From Pseudomonadota bacterium (lineage in GTDB: Bacteria; Pseudomonadota; Alphaproteobacteria; Rhodobacterales; Rhodobacteraceae), in the NCBI GenBank assembly GCA_039208585.1, contig JBCCQX010000004.1, positions 52,031-116,030 of the forward strand: DNA of 64,000 nucleotides. The letters are read 5' to 3'. How positions within the stretch are numbered: the stretch's first letter is position 1; each line of letters opens with the position of its first letter. This document shows, piece after piece, positions 9,245-18,307 of the stretch. The notes beneath the pieces were generated by a model that saw only the letters and a program-made list of their open reading frames with translations, ran no database searches and had not been told where the DNA came from. The position numbers were made by a program, and so were the translations under genes.

Positions 9245-10421
9245 AGGCGCGTTGAGCGGTCTATTCGTGTTGGACCTGAGCCGGATCCTGGCCGGTCCGA
9301 CGTGCACCCAACTTTTGGGCGATCTGGGCGCGACTGTGATCAAGGTCGAAAACCCCAAAACAGGCGGCGATGACACGCGCAGCTGGGGCCCCAATTATGC
9401 GCAGGATGGGTCGGGGCGTGCAACAGATCTTTCCGCATATTTCATGGCGGCGAACCGCAATAAGCGATCGTTGAGCGCAGATCTTTCGACACAGGACGGG
9501 CAAGATCTGCTGCGTCACCTCGCAGCGCGGGCCGACGTGGTGATCGAGAACTTTAAACCGGGCGGGCTGACGAAATTTGGGCTTGATCATGAAACACTGT
9601 GCAAGGCGTATCCTGGGCTGGTCTATTGCTCTATCTCGGGATTTGGTCAGACCGGGCCAAACCGCGCGCAGCCAGGCTACGATCTGATGGCCCAGGGCTA
9701 TGGCGGGATCATGTCGCTTACCGGCGATCCCGAAGGCGCGCCGATGAAAGTGGGGGTGGGCATCGCTGACGTGATGTGCGGCATGTATGCCACCATCGGT
9801 ATCCTCGCGGCGCTTCGGCATCGCGACCAAACCGGCGAAGGCCAGCACATTGATCTGTCGCTGGTCGATGCATCGATGGCTTGGCTCATCAACGAAGGCA
9901 CGAATTTTCTCAGCTCAGGGCAGTTGCCTCAGCGGCGCGGCAACGCTCATCCCAACATCGTGCCCTACGACGCATTTGACTGCGCGGATGGTCACATACT
10001 GCTTGCAGTCGGCAATGATGCGCAGTTCGCGCGGTTCTGCGATGTCATTGGACGGGCTGCTCTGTCGGAAGATGCGCGGTTCAAAACCAATCTGGGGCGG
10101 ATCGAACACCGCGAGGCTCTGATGGCTGTTCTGCATCCAGCATTGAAGCGATTTGAGAAGGGTGCGCTTTTGGCGAAACTCAGGGCGGTTCAAGTGCCCT
10201 GCGGTCCAATCCACACTGTAGCGGAGGCGCTGAGTTCTGATCAGGCGCGGGCACGAGGCGCCGTGATTGAGATGGCTTGCAGCGGGGTTGTCGATGATCG
10301 CCTGCGCTTGTTGGGAAATCCCCTGAAGCTGTCTGCAACTCCAGTGCGCTATGATCGCCCCCCGCCAAGATTTGGGCAGGACACCGAAGAGGTGCTGGCG
10401 ATCTGGGGACCTGCATCTTAA
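9231..10421 (+). CDS. CaiB/BaiF family (family III) CoA-transferase
   Basis: VLDLSRILAGP, ANRNKRS, ENFKPG, YDLMAQG and HPNIVPY motifs. Overlaps the upstream gene by 14 nt. Confidence 0.92.
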   Translation: MAASKGALSGLFVLDLSRILAGPTCTQLLGDLGATVIKVENPKTGGDDTRSWGPNYAQDGSGRATDLSAYFMAANRNKRSLSADLSTQDGQDLLRHLAARADVVIENFKPGGLTKFGLDHETLCKAYPGLVYCSISGFGQTGPNRAQPGYDLMAQGYGGIMSLTGDPEGAPMKVGVGIADVMCGMYATIGILAALRHRDQTGEGQHIDLSLVDASMAWLINEGTNFLSSGQLPQRRGNAHPNIVPYDAFDCADGHILLAVGNDAQFARFCDVIGRAALSEDARFKTNLGRIEHREALMAVLHPALKRFEKGALLAKLRAVQVPCGPIHTVAEALSSDQARARGAVIEMACSGVVDDRLRLLGNPLKLSATPVRYDRPPPRFGQDTEEVLAIWGPAS

Positions 10422-10427
10422 ACCAAC

Positions 10428-10563
10428 TAAAGCCTTCGACCTCACCCTTGCCTCAACTGACTTAGCGTCGCCCCATGGGCGCGGAACGGCGCTTCCCAAC
10501 AGGTACTTTTGGGCGCAACGGTGAGAGTGAACCCATGGTATAAGGTCTAAGTCAGATGCTTTG
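10428..10563 (+). mobile_element. MITE-like element, copy 3
   Basis: TAAAGCC left end; core CCCTTGCC..ACTTAGCG..GGAACGGCGC..CCCAACAG; right TIR (reverse complement) CAAAGCA-N6-TTAGACCTT. Confidence 0.7.
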
Positions 10564-10807
10564 AAGCAGCGATAGAACGTCCCAAACATCTCGGCAGCAG
10601 CATCTCTGTTGCCGCGAAGGGAAAGGTCCCGGGTCATGCCCGGGACGGCGTCAGCACCACGCGTCGCGACAATTTCCATCAACCGCTGACACATTCCGTC
10701 ACGAAAGCGACGCCGCACTTCACTTTGGCGTGTGAGTGACATGTTGGCGGCTACGCGCCTGATAAAACTGAGGTATCTAAGATCAAGCAAGAGAAGAAAG
10801 CGTTGGC

Positions 10808-12157
10808 ATGGAATATGACATCTGCGGTGCACCAGTCTCGTTACCCGATCGCACGGCGCGCGCGCATTGGAATGGGGTGATCCGCGCCTTTCTCGCGCAT
10901 GGCAAACAAACACCCCATCATTTGAGTGCTGCCTTGGAAGACGCGCCGATGTTTGCGATGGGCCATGCTGCACGCGGTCTGTTTTCGCTGATGTTGGGGC
11001 GCGCAGAGATGTGGCCCCTGGCCGAAAGTGCCTGTCGCGCGGCACATCATGCGGCGAAAGAAGCCGGCGCCAACCAGCGCGAGCGAGGATGGATTGACGC
11101 GCTTGATCGCTGGCTTGTCGATGATCCGACAGGGTCGGTTGCTGCCCTTGAAAACGTGTTGAACGCCTGCCCGCAAGACACGCTGACGGTTAAGGTCATT
11201 CACGCCATTCGCTTTATCCTGGGCGATGCTGCGGGCATGCGCCGGTCGGTTGAACGGATGCTACCGGCCCACGGGCCAGACCACCCGCTGCGCGGATATC
11301 TTTTGGGGTGCTACGCCTTCACCCTGGAAGAAACCGGAGACTATGCACGCGCCGAGCAGGTGGGGTTGCAAGGGCTCGAGCTAACCCGCGATGACGCCTG
11401 GGGGCTACATGCTGTGGCCCATGTTTATGACATGTGCGCGCGGCCCGATTGCGGCATTTCATTGATCGAACAGAACCGAGATGCTTGGGACGGCGCGAAC
11501 AACTTCCGCTACCATGTTTGGTGGCACAAGGCGCTGCTGCATCTTGACCGTGGCGAATTCGACGTCGCGCTTGCGCTCTATGACGACCAAATCCGCGCCG
11601 AAAAAACCGACGATTACCGCGACATCGCCAATGCCACGTCGCTGCTGATGCGGCTTGAGTTAGAAGGTGTAGCGGTGGGCGACCGATGGGAAGAACTGAG
11701 CATCTTCGCGGCAGCCCGCATCGACGATAGCTGCGTCGTGTTTGCCGATCTTCACTATCAACTGGCCCTCGCGGGCACTGCAAACACCGAGGCGATTGCG
11801 GCCATGTCGCAGCGGTTCGCGCGGGATGCATTGCAACCGGGAGACATGGCGGCACGCACGGCGGACCCCGGCTTGGCGGCAATGGCGGGCCTAAATGCTT
11901 TTTCGGAAGGGCGATATGGCGCGGCGTTCAAGCATCTGTGCCAGGCACGCGGCAACATGCACACCATCGGCGGCAGCCACGCCCAGCGCGATGTCTTTGA
12001 ACGGATGACCATTGACGCCGGACTGCGTGCAGGTCATGTCGAAGGCGCAGAAAAGATATTGCTGGAACGGCTTGCCCTGCGCGGCGGCAATCAGGATCGC
12101 TTTGCAGCTACCAGGTTTCACCAGCTTGCGCAGGCGCGGCGTATCCCCGCGCAGTAG
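10808..12157 (+). CDS. Tetratricopeptide-repeat protein, TTC38-like
   Basis: Motifs 'AFTLEETG.Y..AE', 'DAWGLHAVAHV', 'HVWWH.AL' and 'GGSHAQRDVF' recall the TTC38 family. Confidence 0.8.
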   Translation: MEYDICGAPVSLPDRTARAHWNGVIRAFLAHGKQTPHHLSAALEDAPMFAMGHAARGLFSLMLGRAEMWPLAESACRAAHHAAKEAGANQRERGWIDALDRWLVDDPTGSVAALENVLNACPQDTLTVKVIHAIRFILGDAAGMRRSVERMLPAHGPDHPLRGYLLGCYAFTLEETGDYARAEQVGLQGLELTRDDAWGLHAVAHVYDMCARPDCGISLIEQNRDAWDGANNFRYHVWWHKALLHLDRGEFDVALALYDDQIRAEKTDDYRDIANATSLLMRLELEGVAVGDRWEELSIFAAARIDDSCVVFADLHYQLALAGTANTEAIAAMSQRFARDALQPGDMAARTADPGLAAMAGLNAFSEGRYGAAFKHLCQARGNMHTIGGSHAQRDVFERMTIDAGLRAGHVEGAEKILLERLALRGGNQDRFAATRFHQLAQARRIPAQ

Positions 12158-12175
12158 AGTGAACGGGAAGACCTC

Positions 12176-13432
12176 ATGACGCTCGCCGATGTCACCACCC
12201 CACCCTCTCCCAGCGCTGCTGCGGTGGCGGCGCAAGCTGCACCGCGGATCCGCGATTTACGGTTGGATTTCTTTCGTGGGATCGCGATGTTCATCATTTT
12301 GATTGCGCATACGCCCGGCAATTTCCTGACCTCTTGGATCCCGGCGCGTTGGGGCTTTTCTGACGCGACAGAGATCTTTGTCTTTTGCTCTGGCATGGCA
12401 AGCGCCATCGCCTTTGGCGGAACCTACGATCGTGCGGGCTGGCGATTGGGATCGGCCCGCGTGCTGTTTCGGGTTTGGCAGGTCTACTGGGCGCATGTCG
12501 GATTGTTTTTCGCCACGCTCGCCATGACGGTTTACCTCACCGAATTGGACATCACCGGGCGGAACTATTGGGGTCAACTGAACCTCTGGATGATGTTCGT
12601 TGAAAGCGACAAATGGGACAATTCAAACATCCTGCTGAGCTTCATGACGCTGCGCTATGTCCCGAATTATTTCGACATTCTGCCGATGTACATGATCGTG
12701 CTGCTGATGATGCCAGTGGTCATCGCCCTGTCACGGATCGATCTTCGGCTTGTCGCCGCTTTTGTCATCGGCGTGTGGATCATGGGACAAACCGCGCTGC
12801 TGAACCAATTTGGCCTCGGTCATCTGCACTTTGAATTCTCGGCCGAACCTTGGACGGACCGAACCTGGTTTTTTAACCCCTTTGGCTGGCAACTGATCTT
12901 TTTCACGGGCTTTGCTTTCATGCGCGGTTGGCTTCCAAAACCACCTGTCGCGCCCAGTTTGCTTCTGCTCGCTGCCGTCGTGGTCATCGCCAATATTCCG
13001 TTCAGCAACATCGGGATCAGAGAGCTGGGCTTTGACTGGGCACGCGGATGGCGCAATGAGTACAAACCGCTCATCGACAAATCAGACTTTGGCATCCTGA
13101 GATACGTGCATTTTCTGGCCCTCGCGTATCTGGTGTGGGTCGCTGCGGGGGATAAGGGTGCGCGCTTGCTGTCGCGCGGGGTCGGGCTGCTGTCGCGCGC
13201 TTGGGATGGGGTGTTGGCGATCATCCTGAAAGTTGGGCAACAAAGCTTGGCTGTTTTCGTGGTCAGCATGTTCACTGCGCGTGTCATGGGCTTTGCGATG
13301 GACGTGCTCGGGCGCGACACAGCGACATCTTTGATGGTCAACCTTGCTGGCGCTTGCGTCTTGATTGCGACCGCCTATGGCGCTGGCTGGTTCAAGGGCC
13401 AGCCGTGGCGGCAGAAAAGGGCGACCGCATGA
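12176..13432 (+). CDS. opgC: OpgC-family glucan acyl(succinyl)transferase
   Basis: RD.RLDFFRG.A, GFSDATEIFVF.SG, FDILPMY, FFNPFGWQLIF and KVGQQSL.VF motifs; adjacent to opgG/opgH. Confidence 0.88.
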   Translation: MTLADVTTPPSPSAAAVAAQAAPRIRDLRLDFFRGIAMFIILIAHTPGNFLTSWIPARWGFSDATEIFVFCSGMASAIAFGGTYDRAGWRLGSARVLFRVWQVYWAHVGLFFATLAMTVYLTELDITGRNYWGQLNLWMMFVESDKWDNSNILLSFMTLRYVPNYFDILPMYMIVLLMMPVVIALSRIDLRLVAAFVIGVWIMGQTALLNQFGLGHLHFEFSAEPWTDRTWFFNPFGWQLIFFTGFAFMRGWLPKPPVAPSLLLLAAVVVIANIPFSNIGIRELGFDWARGWRNEYKPLIDKSDFGILRYVHFLALAYLVWVAAGDKGARLLSRGVGLLSRAWDGVLAIILKVGQQSLAVFVVSMFTARVMGFAMDVLGRDTATSLMVNLAGACVLIATAYGAGWFKGQPWRQKRATA

Positions 13433-14955
13433 TCCGCCGCGACGTGCTGAAATCCCTGATGGCTTTTGCGGCGGTGCCCACCGCCACTTTGGCGGAAGAG
13501 CCGGGGCTGCAGCTGAGCGATGCCCCCGTGCCTTTCAACGCCGACACTGTGACAAACCGCGCCCGCGATTTGGCCCAACGAAAATTCGTGCCGCGCCCGC
13601 TGATCCCGGAAAGCTGGCGTACGTTGAGCTATGACCAATACCGCAAAATCTGGTTTGACAGCCGCAACGCGCTTTGGACCGGTTCTGACAAACCGCAGCG
13701 CGTGGATGTTTTCCCACCCGGCCTCTATTTCCCACAGGCCGTGGCGCTGCACGCTGTCGAACGCGGGCAGTCGCGCGCGATCCACTTTGACATGGGTGTG
13801 TTTGACACAACGGATAAGTTCCCGCCGGTCGCGCTTGACGAGACGCTTGGCTATTCCGGCCTCAGGCTGCGGGCAGAACTGGCGCAGCAGGGCATCTTCC
13901 AAGAATACACCGTGTTCCAAGGCGCAAGCTATTTCCGCGGGATCGGGACGGGCGATATCTACGGCCTTTCCGCACGCGGCCTCGCGCTGAAAACCGGCGA
14001 CCCGGCGGGCGAAGAGTTCCCCGATTTCACCGCTTTTTGGATTGAGGCGCCCGCGCCTGGGTCCGCTACGGTGGTGTTGCACGCCTTGCTTGACAGCCCG
14101 TCCTGCACAGGCGCCTACAAATTTGAGATCACGCATGGGCCGGTTCTGGAAATGCAGGTCGACGCAACGCTTTTTGCGCGCACCGAAATGCGGCACGTCG
14201 GCATCGCGCCCTTAACCTCGATGTTTTTATACGACGCAAAGATGCGTGATCGGTTCTCGGATTTTCGACCGGCGGTGCATGACAGCGATGGGCTGCTCAT
14301 CCACAACGGCGCGGGCGAGGTCATTTGGCGGCCGCTCTCCAATCCGCGAAAGCTCCAGATCAGTGCTTTCGCAGATCAGAACCCGCGTGGGTTTGGACTG
14401 TGCCAGCGCAAACGGCGATTTTCTGACTTCAACGATCTTGAGGCGCTCTATCATCAGCGGCCGGCCGTGTGGATCACGCCGCAAGACGATTGGGGACCAG
14501 GAGCGGTCACGCTGGTGGAAATCCCTGCCGATCGCGAAATCTATGACAACATTGTCACCTATTGGCGGCCTGCCGCACCGATCCCCGCAGGGTCACAGCA
14601 CCAGATGCGCTATCGCCTGGATTGGGGTGCCGATCCGGTGGCAGCCTCGGCTGACATGCCGCTGCAAGTGCTGAACACCGCCATCGGCGGACGGCCGGAA
14701 GGTGGCCAAATCATCGCGATTGATTTTACAGCCTCTGATCAGGTCCCAGACGATCTGAGCGCGCTCGACATACTCGTCAGGTCCTCTGCGGGAGAGGTGA
14801 GCGAAGGCATCGTTCAGCGCAATCCTGATACGGGCGGACCACGCTTGGCGTTCACGTTTTATCCGGGCGATGCGGAACTGGCTGAATTTCGCGCGCAGCT
14901 AAGGCTCGGCACCGCGCCCTTGAGCGAAGTTTGGCTTTATCGATGGACGGCGTAG
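13429..14955 (+). CDS. opgG: Periplasmic glucan biosynthesis protein G/D family, Tat-exported
   Basis: Twin-arginine signal MIRRDVL; FQGASYFR, YGLSARGLAL, EEFPDF, RPAVHDSDGL and EIYDNIVTYW motifs; ATGA overlap with opgC. G versus D paralog not resolved. Confidence 0.9.
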   Translation: MIRRDVLKSLMAFAAVPTATLAEEPGLQLSDAPVPFNADTVTNRARDLAQRKFVPRPLIPESWRTLSYDQYRKIWFDSRNALWTGSDKPQRVDVFPPGLYFPQAVALHAVERGQSRAIHFDMGVFDTTDKFPPVALDETLGYSGLRLRAELAQQGIFQEYTVFQGASYFRGIGTGDIYGLSARGLALKTGDPAGEEFPDFTAFWIEAPAPGSATVVLHALLDSPSCTGAYKFEITHGPVLEMQVDATLFARTEMRHVGIAPLTSMFLYDAKMRDRFSDFRPAVHDSDGLLIHNGAGEVIWRPLSNPRKLQISAFADQNPRGFGLCQRKRRFSDFNDLEALYHQRPAVWITPQDDWGPGAVTLVEIPADREIYDNIVTYWRPAAPIPAGSQHQMRYRLDWGADPVAASADMPLQVLNTAIGGRPEGGQIIAIDFTASDQVPDDLSALDILVRSSAGEVSEGIVQRNPDTGGPRLAFTFYPGDAELAEFRAQLRLGTAPLSEVWLYRWTA

Positions 14956-16805
14956 CACAGCAGATGGCCATGCCAGCGCCCGCACCCCTGGCGATGCGGC
15001 CGCAGAATTTACGCCAGGCACCCTTGGGCCAGCGCCAGCCAACATCAGCACGGCAGTCTGTGTTGTGGCGGATCGGCGTCTTTGTTCCCGCGCTGCTTGG
15101 CACGGGTGCCTTGGTCTACAGCCTACACGGTTGGCTCTCATCTGCTGGGATGACCGGGCTGGAGTGGGCGCTTCTAATCTTGATAGGCGCGATGGTGATT
15201 TGGGCAGCGCTTTCGGTGAGCACCGTCGGGATGGCGCTCTTCAGCCGCTGTGCCCGCCCGCATCTGGCTGCGCAGCAGCACGAACAAGGCGATGCGCTGC
15301 AGGTGGCGTTGCTGATGCCGATCTACGAAGAGAGCCCATGGGATGTCCTTGGCAATGCCGCGGCGATGCTCAACGATCTGGCGGATCTAAAGGGGCGCCA
15401 TCGCTATTCACTGTTCATCCTGTCGGACACGCAAACCACCGAGATCGCAGCGCAGGAATGGCGCAGTTTTCAGCGCCTGAGCGCGGAGCAGAGCGGCCAA
15501 AGCGCCATCTATTACCGACGTCGCACCAGCAACAAAGACAAAAAGGTCGGCAATCTGGTGGACTGGATTACGGGTTGGGGGGCGGATTACGATGCGATGC
15601 TGGTCCTTGACGCTGACAGCCTGATGACGGGCCGCGCGATTGAGCAACTGTCAGAAGAGCTTGCAGCCGACCCGCAGGCTGGCCTGATCCAGAGCTTTCC
15701 CATGCTGATCGAGGCGCACAGCCTTTTCGCCCGCATGCAACAATTCTCGAACGTGGCATACGGGTGGCTTTTGGCCGAGGGCTTCGCCCTATGGTCGCGG
15801 GCGGAAGGCAACTACTGGGGGCACAATGCCATCATCCGCACGCGTGCCTTTGCCCAAAGCGCCGGATTACCCTATCTTGGTCGCCGTCAGAGCCTGATCC
15901 TGAGCCACGACTTCGTCGAAGCGGGGCTCTTGCGTCGTGCGGGCTGGCGCGTCCGTTTCTTGCCGCACATCACAGGCAGTTTTGAAGAGACACCGCACAC
16001 GGTAATCGACTATGTCAAACGCGACAGGCGTTGGTGCCGGGGAAACCTGCAGCATCTGCGACTGTTGGGAACAGCGGGGCTGCATCCCGTGTCGCGCTTT
16101 CATCTTTTTCAGGGTGCGATGAGCTATCTGCTCTCTCCCGCTTGGTTTTTCCTGCTCGTCATGTGGGCGCTCTTGGGCAAAGATCAGGACGCGAATGTCG
16201 TGCGGTACTTCAATGAAGCCAACCCGCTGTTTCCCGACTGGCCGCCAGCGATGAGCCACATCGATTCTGCGATGTTTTTAGGCATCATGTATCTGATGCT
16301 GCTGACACCAAAGATTGCAGGCGCCGTGCTGATCGCCGTGCGGCCCTCTGCGGTGCGGGTATTTGGCGGTCATCTGGCTTTTCTAAGCGCATTCACGGTG
16401 GAGGTGATGCTGTCTGTCGCCTATGCGCCAATGCTCATGATCCAGCAGACCAAAGCAGTGGCTCGCGCACTCGTCAGCCGGTCGGAGCCTTGGACCCCGC
16501 AGCAGAGACGATACCGGGTCTATCCGCTGGCTGTGCTGGTGCGTTTTCACTGGTTAGAGACGCTGCTGGGGGCACTGCTGTGCGCGGGCATGGTCAGCGG
16601 GCTGGTATCGCTTTGGTTGCTTCCCATCGGTCTTAGCCTAGTGTTCGCAGTGCCCTTGTCAGCCGTCTCTGCGGTTCGCATTGGTCCGGGCACGCCGCGC
16701 GGCCTGCGCTTGGACAGCCCGCACACGCTGCGCACCCCACCCATTATGCAACAGGCGAAAGCCGCGCGAGAAAAGCTGCGCGCACATCTGCTGATCGCAG
16801 AGTGA
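14943..16805 (+). CDS. opgH: Glucan biosynthesis glucosyltransferase H
   Basis: LMPIYEE, LSDT, KVGN, VLDADSLM, YWGHNAIIR, SHDFVEA and RD.RWC.GNLQH GT2 motifs plus C-terminal TM helices. Exact start uncertain. Confidence 0.93.
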   Translation: MDGVAQQMAMPAPAPLAMRPQNLRQAPLGQRQPTSARQSVLWRIGVFVPALLGTGALVYSLHGWLSSAGMTGLEWALLILIGAMVIWAALSVSTVGMALFSRCARPHLAAQQHEQGDALQVALLMPIYEESPWDVLGNAAAMLNDLADLKGRHRYSLFILSDTQTTEIAAQEWRSFQRLSAEQSGQSAIYYRRRTSNKDKKVGNLVDWITGWGADYDAMLVLDADSLMTGRAIEQLSEELAADPQAGLIQSFPMLIEAHSLFARMQQFSNVAYGWLLAEGFALWSRAEGNYWGHNAIIRTRAFAQSAGLPYLGRRQSLILSHDFVEAGLLRRAGWRVRFLPHITGSFEETPHTVIDYVKRDRRWCRGNLQHLRLLGTAGLHPVSRFHLFQGAMSYLLSPAWFFLLVMWALLGKDQDANVVRYFNEANPLFPDWPPAMSHIDSAMFLGIMYLMLLTPKIAGAVLIAVRPSAVRVFGGHLAFLSAFTVEVMLSVAYAPMLMIQQTKAVARALVSRSEPWTPQQRRYRVYPLAVLVRFHWLETLLGALLCAGMVSGLVSLWLLPIGLSLVFAVPLSAVSAVRIGPGTPRGLRLDSPHTLRTPPIMQQAKAAREKLRAHLLIAE

Positions 16806-16889
16806 TGTGCGTGCCTCATAGCGTTTCGCAGTTTCTGTTATGCCGCTGCATCCAGAATACCCAGCATCGAAAGAAGGCGCGGGTGCTCT

Positions 16890-17033
16890 GAACGCCATCG
16901 GCCTTAAACCTTAGACAGCTTGCCCAAACCAACTTAGCGCGGGTCCGAGGGGGCGGAACGGAGCGGCCCAACAGGATCTGTTGGGCGGGTGAGTGACAGG
17001 GACAGGTTCTCAGATTTAAACGCGCAAGCTTTT
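16890..17033 (+). mobile_element. MITE-like element, copy 4
   Basis: TTAAACCTTAGA..TTGCCCAAACCAACTTAGCG..GGGGCGGAACGG; perfect hairpin CCCAACAG-GAT-CTGTTGGG; right TIR ends at 17033. Confidence 0.75.
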
Positions 17034-17161
17034 GGGGCGTCATCGAGGGGGAAAAGCGCAAAACGGCGGGTGCCCATGACCCTTCAGGCAAGATCGCGCC
17101 GCGATCAACGCTGCACATGAAAGCCGAAACGCCGCTCACCCACGCCAGGAAAGCAGCCGTA

Positions 17162-17656
17162 CTACATCGGTCGCACCGGCAGGTTTTGCGCGAGCCAACC
17201 CGGGCCTGCCTGCGATCCCAGCATGCCTTCCGGCACATCTATGATCTGTGAGAATCCCGCCGCTTCAAGGCGGTTTGCCAAACGCGCGGATCGTACGCCG
17301 CGCGCGCAGATCAAAGCGATCGGCACATCCTGGCGCTGCGCAGCATGCGCCTGTAGCGCACGCATAAAATCATCGCGGCGCATGTCGATGGGGATCGCGC
17401 CCTGCCCCACCCCGGTGCGGGACCATTCGTCGGGGCGGCGGATATCAATCAGCAGCAGGTCGCCCGCGCGCGCGGCGCGATATACCTCTTGAACGGTCAT
17501 CTTCATCGTGCCGACTTGACCGCGTTGCGCGCTCCACTGGGCCGTGCCGACCGCCCCTATGGCCGTGAAAGCCACTGCACCAACGATCAATCCGCGCCGC
17601 ATATGCTGCGACGCGGAAAAGCGCGGACCATTATCTGACAGCTTGTTTGCGCTCAC
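17162..17656 (-). CDS. Rhodanese-like domain protein with N-terminal hydrophobic segment
   Basis: LIDIRRPDEW and active-loop ICARGVRS motifs. GTGA overlap with the upstream YHS gene. Start may lie further downstream. Confidence 0.85.
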   Translation of the reverse strand: MSANKLSDNGPRFSASQHMRRGLIVGAVAFTAIGAVGTAQWSAQRGQVGTMKMTVQEVYRAARAGDLLLIDIRRPDEWSRTGVGQGAIPIDMRRDDFMRALQAHAAQRQDVPIALICARGVRSARLANRLEAAGFSQIIDVPEGMLGSQAGPGWLAQNLPVRPM

Positions 17657-18180
17657 TCGCTAATCGGGGCACTTGAGGTGAACTTCGGGATCACGCGCGT
17701 TGAGCCCGGATCATCCTCAATAGAGACCCAATTATTTTCAGCCAACGTGATGTTTCCGGGAATGTCCTCTTCCCAGAAACTCACCACATTCTCTGTGATG
17801 TTGAGATAGAGCTTGTCATCAACGATCCGCCAGAGGTTGGGGTTGCCAGGCACCTTGCCACCTTTCGACACGCCATAGGCGCAGTGCCCGTCATATTGCG
17901 GGGCGTATTGCGCTGGATTGGCAAGGAACTTGGCGCGGTTCTCCTCAGAGGAAAAGGCGAATGTTGCCCCATTGTAATCTGCGGTGATGGATGTGCGTCC
18001 TTTGACCCCCTCGGGCTGTGCACTGCCCACGGCAGCTTGCGGAAGATCAAAATATGCGACCACGTCATAGCCCGAGACGGCAAATCCCGTGCTGTCGATG
18101 TATTGCTCGCCCGCGAAAGCCTGTGTGGCAAATGTGAGCGCAGTGGCGGCTGCGGCCATTGTTGAGGTAAAGCGGTTCAC
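17653..18180 (-). CDS. Exported YHS-domain protein (Cys member of the YHS (seleno)protein family)
   Basis: Signal peptide; GYDVVAYF, F.FSSEENR.KF..NP..YAPQY.G.CAYG and W.IVD.KLYLN motifs. GTG start after an AAGGAG Shine-Dalgarno. Confidence 0.85.
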   Translation of the reverse strand: MNRFTSTMAAAATALTFATQAFAGEQYIDSTGFAVSGYDVVAYFDLPQAAVGSAQPEGVKGRTSITADYNGATFAFSSEENRAKFLANPAQYAPQYDGHCAYGVSKGGKVPGNPNLWRIVDDKLYLNITENVVSFWEEDIPGNITLAENNWVSIEDDPGSTRVIPKFTSSAPISE

Positions 18181-18307
18181 GATGCTCTCCTTTTTCGTGT
18201 GACATGGAAAAGGATGTAGAAGAGTGCGCCGGGTGCTGCACCCCACGAGCGCGTGACCTCGCGCCCTCGTGACACGCAGCAACCGAATGCTGCAGAGAAC
18301 GGCGCAA

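Noticed and set aside
9915-11045. 376-aa minus-strand ORF
   Set aside because: It overlaps the CoA-transferase and TPR genes antisense and reads through a MITE. Only the 10742-10563 part is kept, as a weak candidate.
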